From Lachnospiraceae bacterium (GTDB taxonomy: Bacteria; Bacillota; Clostridia; Lachnospirales; Lachnospiraceae): a stretch of 64,000 nt of DNA. The stretch lies in the NCBI GenBank assembly GCA_022797375.1, contig JAAWKM010000001.1:2332-66331 (forward strand), in the 5' to 3' direction. Shown here piece after piece: positions 28,259 to 38,300 of the stretch. Under the pieces are notes generated by a model. The model did no database searches. It was given only the letters and a program-made list of their open reading frames with translations, and was not told the origin of the DNA. A program made the translations under genes and the position numbers. How positions within the stretch are numbered: the stretch's first letter is position 1; every line of letters begins with the position of its first letter.

Positions 28259-29890
28259 GTTCATCACAAGTGTTTTGGTTGCATCAAGCCCGTTTTCAAA
28301 CATACTGGTGAAGTTGTCCAGTTTCTTGTCATTTGCTGCGGACTGGCGTTTTATGTAACTGAAACTTGTAGCCATTGATTTTGCATTTTCCAGTATTTTT
28401 GCTGTACTGCTGCTTAGGGAATTGCCAGTTAATGTGTCTGAAAATGTTACATCAATGTTTTCAACGGGACTGAAATCAAATGATACACTGGCAAGCCTCA
28501 TTTTAACCAGGCTGCTGTCATATCTTGCTCTTATATAATTGCCCAATGCAAAATACTGGTAATAATCCCTGTAATCTGCTATTGACAGCAGGTTTCCCAT
28601 TTTTATTGTAATGGTGTATTGTAACTGGCAGGCTTTGGCAAGCTCTTCTTTGGCAAGGTCTATAAGTTCCTCAATACGGGCCATTAACTGTGAATCATCA
28701 AGCCCGTCAGATATAAAGTTATTGTTGTTGTATACTTGTTCACGTTTAAATGAAAGGAGTTCATTATACAGGGTCTTTCCAAGGTAATTTTCAAGGTTAC
28801 AGGCAGCATTTATTTCATTAAGTCTTTTGTCTATGGCTTCTATCCTGTCATTATCTTTATCCACATATCCCTGGTACTCGTTAATGACACTTTCTATATA
28901 ATTTTTGAAATATATGTACTTTTTAAGGAGTGCATCATAAACTGTTTCAGAAGATTTAGTACCGTTTGTATTTATGGCATAATAAAATGCGTAATTATGG
29001 CTGCTGGCAATATCATTATTAAGGCTGTATATTATAACTGTGCATTTTTCATAGGCATCTGCCCATGATGAAAGCTGTGTTATTGGATACTTAATTAAGC
29101 GTGGATAAACATAGTTAAAACTGTTTGATACGTCATGTGATAGAAGGCTTGTTGCAATCTGTTTTGTTATGCCATTTATTGTAATAACTTCGCCTTTTTT
29201 ACAGCCTTTTATTACAGTGTCCCCGCTTAAATCCAGGTAATTAACCATAAGAAGCGGGTCTAAGGAATTAGACAGCCTGAAATCACCATCAGTTAATATT
29301 TCTATTTCAATTAACTGTGGCATTACAGAGCCTGTTTCATCTGAGTCATTGTATATGGTAAAAGAGTTACCAGATGACAGACGTGCTTCATAGGATTGTA
29401 AAAGTGAATAACCAAAAGGTGCATCACATGTAACTGTAAGCTCTGCACCATATGTACAGCCTCCATAATTAATCCATTCCAAATCAATTTTTGAATTATA
29501 GAAGATGCTTTCATACCCGTTTTGTAAGAAGCGGAGGTATTTATACCCGTCTTTCCTGCAGAGCCACCTCATGTAATAGGCTTTTTCATAAGGACTGGCA
29601 GGGAGCACTTCCTGTGGCAGCCTTTCCAGGTTAATCCTTGCTACCTGGAAAGAAAAGGAAAGCTGTTCCTCATAATGTGAACCATGGAAATTCCATTTAT
29701 GGCTGTTTACAGCCTTGGAACTGTTGAACGTAATTTTACCACCAGAAGAAACCACGCCTTCTCTTGATGGTGAGTTAAAATCCACTATAGCTAAGTTTAC
29801 ATCACTGGCTTTCACACCATTAAATTCAAAATCTGTAGCAATCACTTTGGATACCTCCTTCCTGTTTTTGTGGCTTGTTACTGGTTGCAT
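28238..29890 (-). CDS. Distal tail protein (Dit-like N-terminus) fused to a Tal/minor-structural-protein-like C-terminal segment
   Basis: N-terminus FEFNGVKASDVNLAIVDFNSP... resembles siphophage Dit; C-terminal part LYNELLSFKREQVYNNNNF...YTITIKMGNLL...FALGNYIRARYD resembles the conserved Tal N-domain segment. Confidence 0.55.
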   Translation of the reverse strand: MQPVTSHKNRKEVSKVIATDFEFNGVKASDVNLAIVDFNSPSREGVVSSGGKITFNSSKAVNSHKWNFHGSHYEEQLSFSFQVARINLERLPQEVLPASPYEKAYYMRWLCRKDGYKYLRFLQNGYESIFYNSKIDLEWINYGGCTYGAELTVTCDAPFGYSLLQSYEARLSSGNSFTIYNDSDETGSVMPQLIEIEILTDGDFRLSNSLDPLLMVNYLDLSGDTVIKGCKKGEVITINGITKQIATSLLSHDVSNSFNYVYPRLIKYPITQLSSWADAYEKCTVIIYSLNNDIASSHNYAFYYAINTNGTKSSETVYDALLKKYIYFKNYIESVINEYQGYVDKDNDRIEAIDKRLNEINAACNLENYLGKTLYNELLSFKREQVYNNNNFISDGLDDSQLMARIEELIDLAKEELAKACQLQYTITIKMGNLLSIADYRDYYQYFALGNYIRARYDSSLVKMRLASVSFDFSPVENIDVTFSDTLTGNSLSSSTAKILENAKSMATSFSYIKRQSAANDKKLDNFTSMFENGLDATKTLVMNSDNNFS

Positions 29891-30192
29891 CAGTGTTTTA
29901 TAAACATGTATTTAATCTTGTGTATAAATTTAAAAATGCCAGGCTTTAAAAACTTTAACTGCCTGGCATATAATTCTTCATAATTTTTCTTTGTTCTTTC
30001 TAATTCCTGCCTTAAATCCTGGTACTGCATTTTTTCATATTCAAGTTCTTTTATAAGGACGGAAATTTTTTCATCATATGTACTTTTTATATCATTTGTA
30101 CTGTTGTTTCCTGCTTTTGTAAAAATATCTAATTTCTGTTGCAGGGCTTTCACTTCACTGGAAAGCATTTCTATTTTCTGGTTCTTAGTCAT
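29890..30192 (-). CDS. Hypothetical coiled-coil phage protein
   Basis: 100-aa ORF, heptad-rich; SD gaggt; stop overlaps the next start. Confidence 0.5.
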   Translation of the reverse strand: MTKNQKIEMLSSEVKALQQKLDIFTKAGNNSTNDIKSTYDEKISVLIKELEYEKMQYQDLRQELERTKKNYEELYARQLKFLKPGIFKFIHKIKYMFIKH

Positions 30193-30221
30193 TGCTGTTT
30201 ACCTCGTTTTAAATTGTAGCA

Positions 30222-30263
30222 TAGAAAAAGAGCAGGAGAGTAACTAGATGGGTTTCTTCCTGC
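30222..30263 (-). terminator. Weak candidate terminator ending the SecB-like operon transcript
   Basis: 7-bp stem (30232-30238/30257-30263) with an 18-nt loop, followed on the minus strand by tctttttct. Confidence 0.3.
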
Positions 30264-30561
30264 CCCCGGATTAGATATCATTGACTTTATATAAGGTAAA
30301 GTGTTCTCTTTTATGTATTTGTTATTTAAAAACCTAACCAAAAATTTCCTCTTTCTTATTTAGAAATTTTACCATATAAGCTTTTTTCCTGACTGGGATA
30401 AAACATATTTTTTATAGGCTGGTTAAATACCAGCTTTCATCAATTATAAATCCTGCCATATTAAATCCTCTAATGGTTGTTTGTTAGATAAAAAACAGAA
30501 GAGAACCTATGGTATTCCAAATATTTGGCTTTGTGGCAGTATTAAATATTTGTTATTAAAA

Positions 30562-30978
30562 CTATTTATTCTCCATCATTTTACTAATATTGAATACAGG
30601 TAAAACTACACATTCTACACCAGGCTGCGCTGTTAAAAGAGAAGCTTCGCTTCTTAAATATGGCATTAAAATAGCAGGTGCATTTTTAGTAATTAAGGCA
30701 TCTTTTAAATCATCTGATATGTCTTTATCTATAATGGTAAAGAAACCCGTTAAACTAATTTCAAAAAGATACTCTTCAGGTTTATTTCCAGTTAAAATTA
30801 AAGTAACCCTGTAAATTTCTGTATCTTGTTTTTGTGCAATATTAGACTGTAGTTTTAATTCAAGTTCATTATCTGAAGAAATTCCTAACCTTTTAAATTC
30901 AATGTTATCAAACATAATTTTATCTAAATGTAATATGCTTTGTATAGTTTGATTATTTTCCATATTGATACCCATCAT
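30562..30978 (-). CDS. SecB-like chaperone
   Basis: Alignable by eye to E. coli SecB over its full length: LHLDKIMFDNIEFKR ~ FQIQRIYTKDISFEA; EIYRVTLILTGN ~ DVYEVVLRVTVTA; NAPAILMPYLRSEASLLTAQPGVECVVLPVFNISKMM ~ [37 protein letters not shown]. Confidence 0.85.
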   Translation of the reverse strand: MMGINMENNQTIQSILHLDKIMFDNIEFKRLGISSDNELELKLQSNIAQKQDTEIYRVTLILTGNKPEEYLFEISLTGFFTIIDKDISDDLKDALITKNAPAILMPYLRSEASLLTAQPGVECVVLPVFNISKMMENK

Positions 30979-31629
30979 TTATGCGGCAACATTAATTGTA
31001 TCTCCGCTTCTCCATTCTTCTAATAATTCATGTTTTTGTAATATAACTGTTTTTTCATCTTGAGGCAAATATTTCTTATCTAAACCACATATTAATTTAG
31101 ATGGTTGTTTTAATTGATATTTAAAAGAGCAGTTACATATATCAATAAAACTTTCGATTTTTAAATAATTTGTCAGCATTTCATTTACCATTATATCTTT
31201 TTTTGTATCATTAAAGTGTTTTGTATTAAAAAATTCATTATCAAAATTTTGAACAAAGGTTTCTATTTCTTTAGTTAGTATCTTAAAGCAAGCATATTTC
31301 TCTGGCAACAGAGAAATATCCAAATAATCAATTGAGTGTTTGGTTACTATATCTAAAGATATTTCTTCACCAGATATTACTTTCCAGTATTCTTTTTTAT
31401 CTGTAAAGGTATTTCTCATAGGTATTTTCCCATGTAATAAATTATATACATCTAAAGATGATACATTTGTAACAATATAATTAAATTCATAAATATCTGT
31501 ACATAGTGCAACATAATACTGGAAGTTATCTTTGCATAAAAAGAAAATAGGAATATCATTATAGTCTACTAATACTTGTTCTAAATATAAATTATTATTT
31601 TCAATACAAAAGCATAATTCTTTACCCAT
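30979..31629 (-). CDS. Hypothetical protein, middle gene of the SecB-like operon (putative antitoxin position)
   Basis: 216 aa; ggagg SD lies in the end of the upstream gene; its stop abuts the SecB-like start; no family recognised. Confidence 0.6.
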   Translation of the reverse strand: MGKELCFCIENNNLYLEQVLVDYNDIPIFFLCKDNFQYYVALCTDIYEFNYIVTNVSSLDVYNLLHGKIPMRNTFTDKKEYWKVISGEEISLDIVTKHSIDYLDISLLPEKYACFKILTKEIETFVQNFDNEFFNTKHFNDTKKDIMVNEMLTNYLKIESFIDICNCSFKYQLKQPSKLICGLDKKYLPQDEKTVILQKHELLEEWRSGDTINVAA

Positions 31630-31633
31630 GGTA

Positions 31634-32083
31634 TTATTCCTCCATTAATTCAAAACCACTAACATCAGCATCACTGTAAAGCCACCAGCATACATGTTGC
31701 TTTTCTATTTTTGTTTCTTGTGGACCACCTGCTCTATGGACATATCCCACAGCCATTTTTTTATTAGGGTTAGGAAACTTCATCTTTTGTTCTATTATTT
31801 CCTTTTTCAGAAAAGTTGATACACCATAATAATGAGGATCTTTGATTAAGTCTTCTTTGTTGACTCCTCTAGGACATTTAGGTTTTTTGCCTAACTCAAA
31901 GTATGATTTAAAATCCTCTAATGTAATCTTACTATTATCATCCATTTTCCGTTCTACAGCTCTATATGTTAGTATTTTTTCATAATCAACCTTTGTCGTA
32001 TCTGGTAATTCTATTTCCTTATTTAGTAATTTATTTCTTAAAATAATAGGAAATTTCATGTATAATTCTTCTGATAACTGCAT
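31634..32083 (-). CDS. Hypothetical protein, first gene of the SecB-like operon (putative toxin position)
   Basis: 149 aa; 4-nt gap to the next gene; no family recognised; start uncertain (ATG 32083 or 32059). Confidence 0.55.
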   Translation of the reverse strand: MQLSEELYMKFPIILRNKLLNKEIELPDTTKVDYEKILTYRAVERKMDDNSKITLEDFKSYFELGKKPKCPRGVNKEDLIKDPHYYGVSTFLKKEIIEQKMKFPNPNKKMAVGYVHRAGGPQETKIEKQHVCWWLYSDADVSGFELMEE

Positions 32084-32130
32084 TTATCAATATCCAGCTT
32101 TCTGTATCTTGTTGTTTTTATTTATAATGA

Positions 32131-32159
32131 ATATTAAAAAAAATTTTATGTTTTGTAAA
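32131..32159 (-). promoter_or_regulatory. Candidate sigmaA promoter of the SecB-like operon
   Basis: On the minus strand TTTACA - 17 nt - TAATAT. The region is AT-rich, so specificity is limited. Confidence 0.35.
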
Positions 32160-32386
32160 ACTTATTTTAACACAAAATAATTCCAAATACCAGATTTAAT
32201 TTTAATATTTATGATAAAGCTACAAAGGTTAATATTTTATGGGGTTAATCCATTATAATCCTTTGGTTTTAATTCTATATTTCTTTTATATTTTTAAAAG
32301 TTTACATACATTAAGCATATATCTTCCTTCATTAACAGATACATACAGGGCTGTTTCCAGCCCTGCAAAATATCTGCCTTACCAGC

Positions 32387-35300
32387 TTAATACTTCATAT
32401 GTGCATAATTATTCCCTGTAACTTTTCCAAGCACAACATCTGTCATAAAGTTCCTGAATTTGTTGTCATGCTGTATTTCTTTTTTCAGGCTTTCCAGGTC
32501 ATGTATGTTACTGCCGTCAATATTAAATACCATGCTGCCCATGCTTATACTGTTGTCATTGTTAATGGCTGTGTTATATGAAGGTGTCTTCAATGCTGCT
32601 GGTACTATGTCTGTAGTTCTGGTTAATTCTGGAAGCTTTGTGATTAAGTCTTTAAACATTTCTGTCTGTTCCAGATTTAATATTGCTTCGCCTTTCTGTA
32701 CAACACACCAGCCATCATCACCTGTTCTGCCTGGTACTGTCTTTAGTATTTCAGCAATACCACCTTCTGAATAGCCAATGCTTTTTAAATCATCTGCTGC
32801 TATCTGCCGCCATCCGTCCTGTGCAGTGCTTACGCCAAGTATTTTTGCAAGGGTTTCAGCATGTCCTGCATCTGTAAGTATTTTATTTGTTTTTGAGTAA
32901 ATATAGCTGTTTAACGGGTCATACCTGAGTGCCATTGTTTCAGAACCTTCTGGTGTCCTTAAATTACTGTTGATAAAGTTTATAGCCTTTGTTTTCATGC
33001 CATTAGTGCCATTGTCTGCACTTTCCATTTGGTTCTGTACATAGTTACCCATTGCAGCACTTCCCTGGATTTGGTGTACTTCTGTAGTATGTTTGTTCCA
33101 TCCAAGCTGTGATGCAAGTCCTTCTGCAATGGTATTCCTGAACTCTGCATAAATACCGCCATTATAATTATAGCCCTTTAATGCCTTCACTGTATTTTCG
33201 GAAGTCCAGTCCCCTGTGTCGATGTCCAGAAGCTCTGCAAGTACAGTAAGATAACTGTCATCAAGGACTTTGCCTGTGTTTTCAAGCAGCATAAGGCTTA
33301 AACCGTCTTTGTATACGCGTTTGCTCCAGTCATTGCCAGCCTGGTCACTGCCATATGCTTTCTGCCCTTTGCTTTCCACCAGTTTTTTGATTTTATCCAG
33401 TATTGTATTGCTGCCGTTATCCCATGTATTTTCTGTGGCAGGGTCTGTTATATCTGGTTTGTCATTTGGGATAGTTTCATATTTTTCTGGCTGGTAATCC
33501 TTTGTATTTTTTATTGCTTCTTCTATATCTGTTGTAAAATTGTGTGTGTTTAACCAGAGAAGCATCTGTTGTGTATTTACTGAAAGAAATGTGAGGGCAC
33601 TGCCTATGGCGTCATAGTTCCCGGTTATCGCCTTATATATGCTGTCTGCTATTGTTGCTGTTTCAGATGTCTTGTCTGCTATTGTGCTGTAACTGCCTGA
33701 AAGAGTGGAAGAGTCCAGTGCCTCTGAAAGTGTTATCCCCCACATGTCTGCAATCTCATTAAGTGTGTTATTTACAACACTTGTACTTGCTGGCATTGCC
33801 TTTATTACTTTTTCAACAAGCCATTCCATGTCTGCAAGCTGCCTGTCAATGAAATTTTCAAATTCTACAAGCATGTTATCAAGGATTTCTTCCTGGTCAC
33901 TTATATACTTTTCATATTCTGTTTCTTCAAGGTCTTTTTCAGCATCATTTAACTGTACTGTAAGTTTCTGCATTTTTGCCCTTGCTTCTTCAGTCATGTT
34001 ACCCTTTAATGCGGCAATCTGTTTCTTTATGGAAGCAATGTCTGCTGTCTTGTCCGCAATTTTATTCTGGTAGTCACGTAAATTTTTCTCTGCCTGCAAA
34101 GTTTTCTTATATTTGTCCACCAGTTTTTCCATTGCTTCTTTCTGTTTTTCGTATCCTTCACTGCAAAGTTCCTTTATGGCTTCCATTTCCTCATAACAGC
34201 CTTCAATGTAGCTTCTCTGTTGTTTAACGAGTTCATCACGGCGTTCATAGTAATCATTGAAAGACATGCTGTTTGTCCCTGAAATGTAATCTTTGTCAAG
34301 TTGTCTAAGCTGTTCCTGTATTATCTGGCTCTGGGTAATCCCATCTGTAGCTTTAAACGCATGTAGTGCAAGAGTGGAAGAGCCTTCCCTGGTGATTAAC
34401 CCTGTTTCATTGTCAAACATGTCCTTATAGGAAAGGATTTTCTCATAAAAATCTGCTTCTTCATCTAAATTGTCAATGACACCCCTGCCAAGGTCTTCAA
34501 GCTCACGTTTTGCTTCACGTATTTTTTGCGTGTTTCCAGTTATTGACTCATTTGTATTTTGTATTGCTTCATCAACAGAATAGATAATGTTACGCATTTC
34601 ATACCATTGGTCACTGCCAATACCAACATTTTTGAAATTTTCTTCAAGCCCTGTTTTCTCCTGCTTTAACATTTCCAGATGTTCTTTTTCAGATTTTACA
34701 GTTTCCTCATACATTTCTGCTGTGATAAAGCCGTTTTTTGCTTCCACAAGTGATACCTGGTGGTTAATAAAACTGGTCTTTCTGTCAATTTCATCAAGTT
34801 TCTTCTGGTATTCTGTGGCAATATTATCCATCTGTGTCTTTGCGCTTTCATTTGCTGTGCTCTGGATTCCGGCTTCAAGCCTTGCCATTTCAGTAATGTC
34901 ACCCTTAAGCTTTGCAATCTGGTATAAATATTTATATTCTTGTATTTCATTTTCAAGGGCTTTGTGCCCAAATTCATTTTTCTCTTTTGCAGATGCAGCC
35001 ACTTTAGCTTGTGTGTTTGCAAGTGTGGCACTGGCATTGTGTTCATCTGCATAATTTTGCAAAATCTGTGTATCCAGGGAAAGAAGTTCCTGCTGCTTTT
35101 CAATTTGGAGCTGTTTCTTTAGTGCTGCATTCCCTTCTGCTTTTGCAATGTTTATCTGTTCTTTATAAGATTTTTTTGTGTATTTTATTTGCTCTTTTAA
35201 TGAAGCTTCCTTATCCTTTGCAGTTTTGCCACTTTCTGCTTCAACAGAATATAAAGATACATAACTGTCATATTCGTCTTGTAAATTTTGGTGCTGCTGT

Positions 35301-38300
35301 ATTTCAATGTCAAGAAGTGCTTTTTTCTTCTCTGCTTTAAGCTGTGCAGCTTTTACAGAGTCTTTTTCAAGCTGTGCAATCTTTATCTGCTGGTTGTAGG
35401 ATATCTTAGTCCATTTCACAGACTTTTCAAGGTATTGGTTTTTACCGCTTGCTTTTGTCTTGTTTTCTGCCTGTGCATTAAGTTTTTCAATACGTGCATC
35501 TGCATCATCAATACGGTTCTGGTGCTGCTGTTCCTTTAATTCCCTGGTCTGTGTCTTTGTTTCCTGTCTTGACTTTTTAGCTTTCTGGGATTTTTCATAA
35601 TAATCCTTGTATTTCTCAATTTTGTCTGCTGTTTTTTCTCCATACTGTCTTACCAGTTCCTTGTGGCTGCCCTTAACCTGCCCGTTGTGTACTAATTCCT
35701 TAAGCTTTTCGTCAAGCTTTACACTCCCTGCCTTTGTAGCATAGGTCTTTTCTGCCTTTGCATACATCTTTTCCAGCTTTTTGCTTAATTTTATCTGCTG
35801 TCCGAGGTTTGTATTCCTTTTTTCTAAGGTGCTGTTGCTAATGGCCTGCTCTTTTACAGCTTTTTTATTTTTTACAGCTTTGTTCTTTGCTTTTATGGCA
35901 GCCTGGTACTTTGTATAATTGTTACCATATTTTTTGATTTTCTTTGTTTTGGATTTGCCATAAGTTTTAGCAAGTTGTTTACGGCTTCCATTAATCTGTC
36001 CGTTGCGTACCTGTTTTTTCAGTCTTGCAGATAATTTTACATTGTCCGCCTTTTTCTTATATCTTTTAGCTTTTTTCCTGCTGCTCTTTATCTGGTTTGT
36101 GTATTTTTTAAGATATTTGCCAGATTTGCCATTATTTATGTCAAGTTCCTGCTGTAAGGATTTCTTTTTATTTACAGCTTCTTTTTTCTTATCTCTGGCA
36201 GATTCATATTTTGAAAGGCTTTCTTTATAGCTTTCAATCAATCCTGCTTTCTTTTCACCGTATTTCTGTACAAGTTCATTATGGCCGCTCTTAACCTTGC
36301 CTTTGCGTACCTGGTTTTTAAGCTTTGAAGAAAGTTTGTTCTGGTTTGCTTCCTTCCAGTATTTCCTAACCTTTTTACCAAGGTTTGCAATAAGGCTGCC
36401 TGTTTCATTAATCTGGTCTTTAAGTACTCTGTTGCTTTTCTTTACAGCAAAAATATTTTCAAGCTTTGCCTTAAGAAAATCTATTTTATTTGTTGTTACA
36501 TCAATGGCACGCTGGAGCCAGTCAATTTCCTGTTTTGTTTCCCTGGTTTTGGAAGAAGAGCCTTTATCCTTGCCGCTGCCATTGCTGTTCTTGCCTGCGT
36601 AACCTGGACCCTTCGGGGAAATGCTGGCAGATACATTTCCGAGGTCTGCAAGTATGCCGTTTATTTCATTTGTAGCATTTGATTTCAGTACAGGGTCATC
36701 ATTTTTGATATTTACCAGGTCTTTACCACTAATATTGCCATTAAGGAACTGGTTTACAAGGTCTTGCCCGGGGGCTTGTGGGATTTTAAACCCAGCTTTT
36801 GCATTTCTGTAAGTTTCCAATGCTTTTGCACTAAGCCCAAGCCCTTTGACAAAGGCAATAAGGTTATCCAGGTCAGCCTGTGTATCTAGTGCATTGCCGT
36901 TAGCCCACAGTTTATTCAGTGCATAAAGCTGTAATGCCTTTGTAGTGCCGTCAAGTGCACCCTGTTCATTAATGAGTTCTGCAATTTCTGCACCTGTCAT
37001 GTTGGTGAAATCCTGTGTCGCCACCCATGCTTCTGCCTTTTTCCTGGCTAGTGCTTCCATTACAACCTGGTCTGCATTTACAATGCCCATTTCCTCTAAC
37101 ATGGATATGGCAGCGTCTTTATTGCTGTCATTAAGCTTTTCAAGGAAATAGTTGCTGTTTACATATGCCGTTGCAAGATTGTCAGCTGCTTTCTGGCATT
37201 CGTCCATTGAAGATGAACCATCACCAAGGATATTGACAAACTTCTGGTATTCCTTGCGGCATTTCTTTACTTCTTCTGGCATACTGGCAAGGGTATCAGC
37301 ACCAATGCCCTGTGTTTTTGTCTTTTTATCACTTAAGTTGTCTTTCTTTGTTGCAAGTATGTCTGAGATGGAAGATATGCCTTCACGCATTGAAGCTAAC
37401 ATGCTGGTGAAATCTGTATCTTTCAGTTTGTAAATTTCTTTAACTGCTTCCTCTGCTGTAAGCCCTGTCTTTTCAAGGAGGGTATTATAATTTTCAACAG
37501 ATTTGAGTGTTTCAGGTGTAAGCGTGCCAGTGTTTGAAAGTTCTAACAGGTCTGGTACAAGGTTTTTGTAATCATCACCTGTTGCATTTTTAAGTTCCTT
37601 CCAGGCTTCGGAGAAGGAAACTATGGCTGCTTCTTTTGACTTTTGCTTTGTTTCCTCAATTTTTTCTTGCAGTTCTTCAAAAGTAATACCACCAATGTTT
37701 TCGATTTTGTAAGCAATACCTAAATCGTCTGGTGCAAGTTTACTTATATTGTATTGTCCAAACAGTTCAACTAATTGATTATAATTTTCATTCTGGACAA
37801 GTCCAAGTTCCTGTGCTTTATCAATTAACTGGTCTGTTTCAAGCTTATATTTTCCAGCATAACCTTCCAAAAAGGCATAGGCTTCATTTTTGTCTTCATC
37901 ATTTGAGGCATCTGGATTATATCCTTTTATTTCATTAGTACCTTCAAATTTATCTAAAGCCTCTTTTAGTTTTTCCTTTTCTTTGCCATCAGATTTTAAA
38001 CTGTATTCCAGTTCCCATGTACCAACAATTTCCTGCATTTCAGGGTACAGGTTTTCAAGATATGTTTTAACATTTTCATCATCTGGTGCAATTTTACTTA
38101 ATTCTTCTGATAAAACAGAAGCATAATTTTCACCTGCCTTCTGGATTTCTTTATTACTGCCATCAAGTTTTGCTTTCTGGTATGATTCCATTGCATTGTT
38201 AATGTTTTCAAATATATTGTCATACCCTTTTTGGCTTCCAGACCTGCTTAGTATTTTTTCATTTAAAACATATCCATCATACAGTTCACTGTACTTATCA

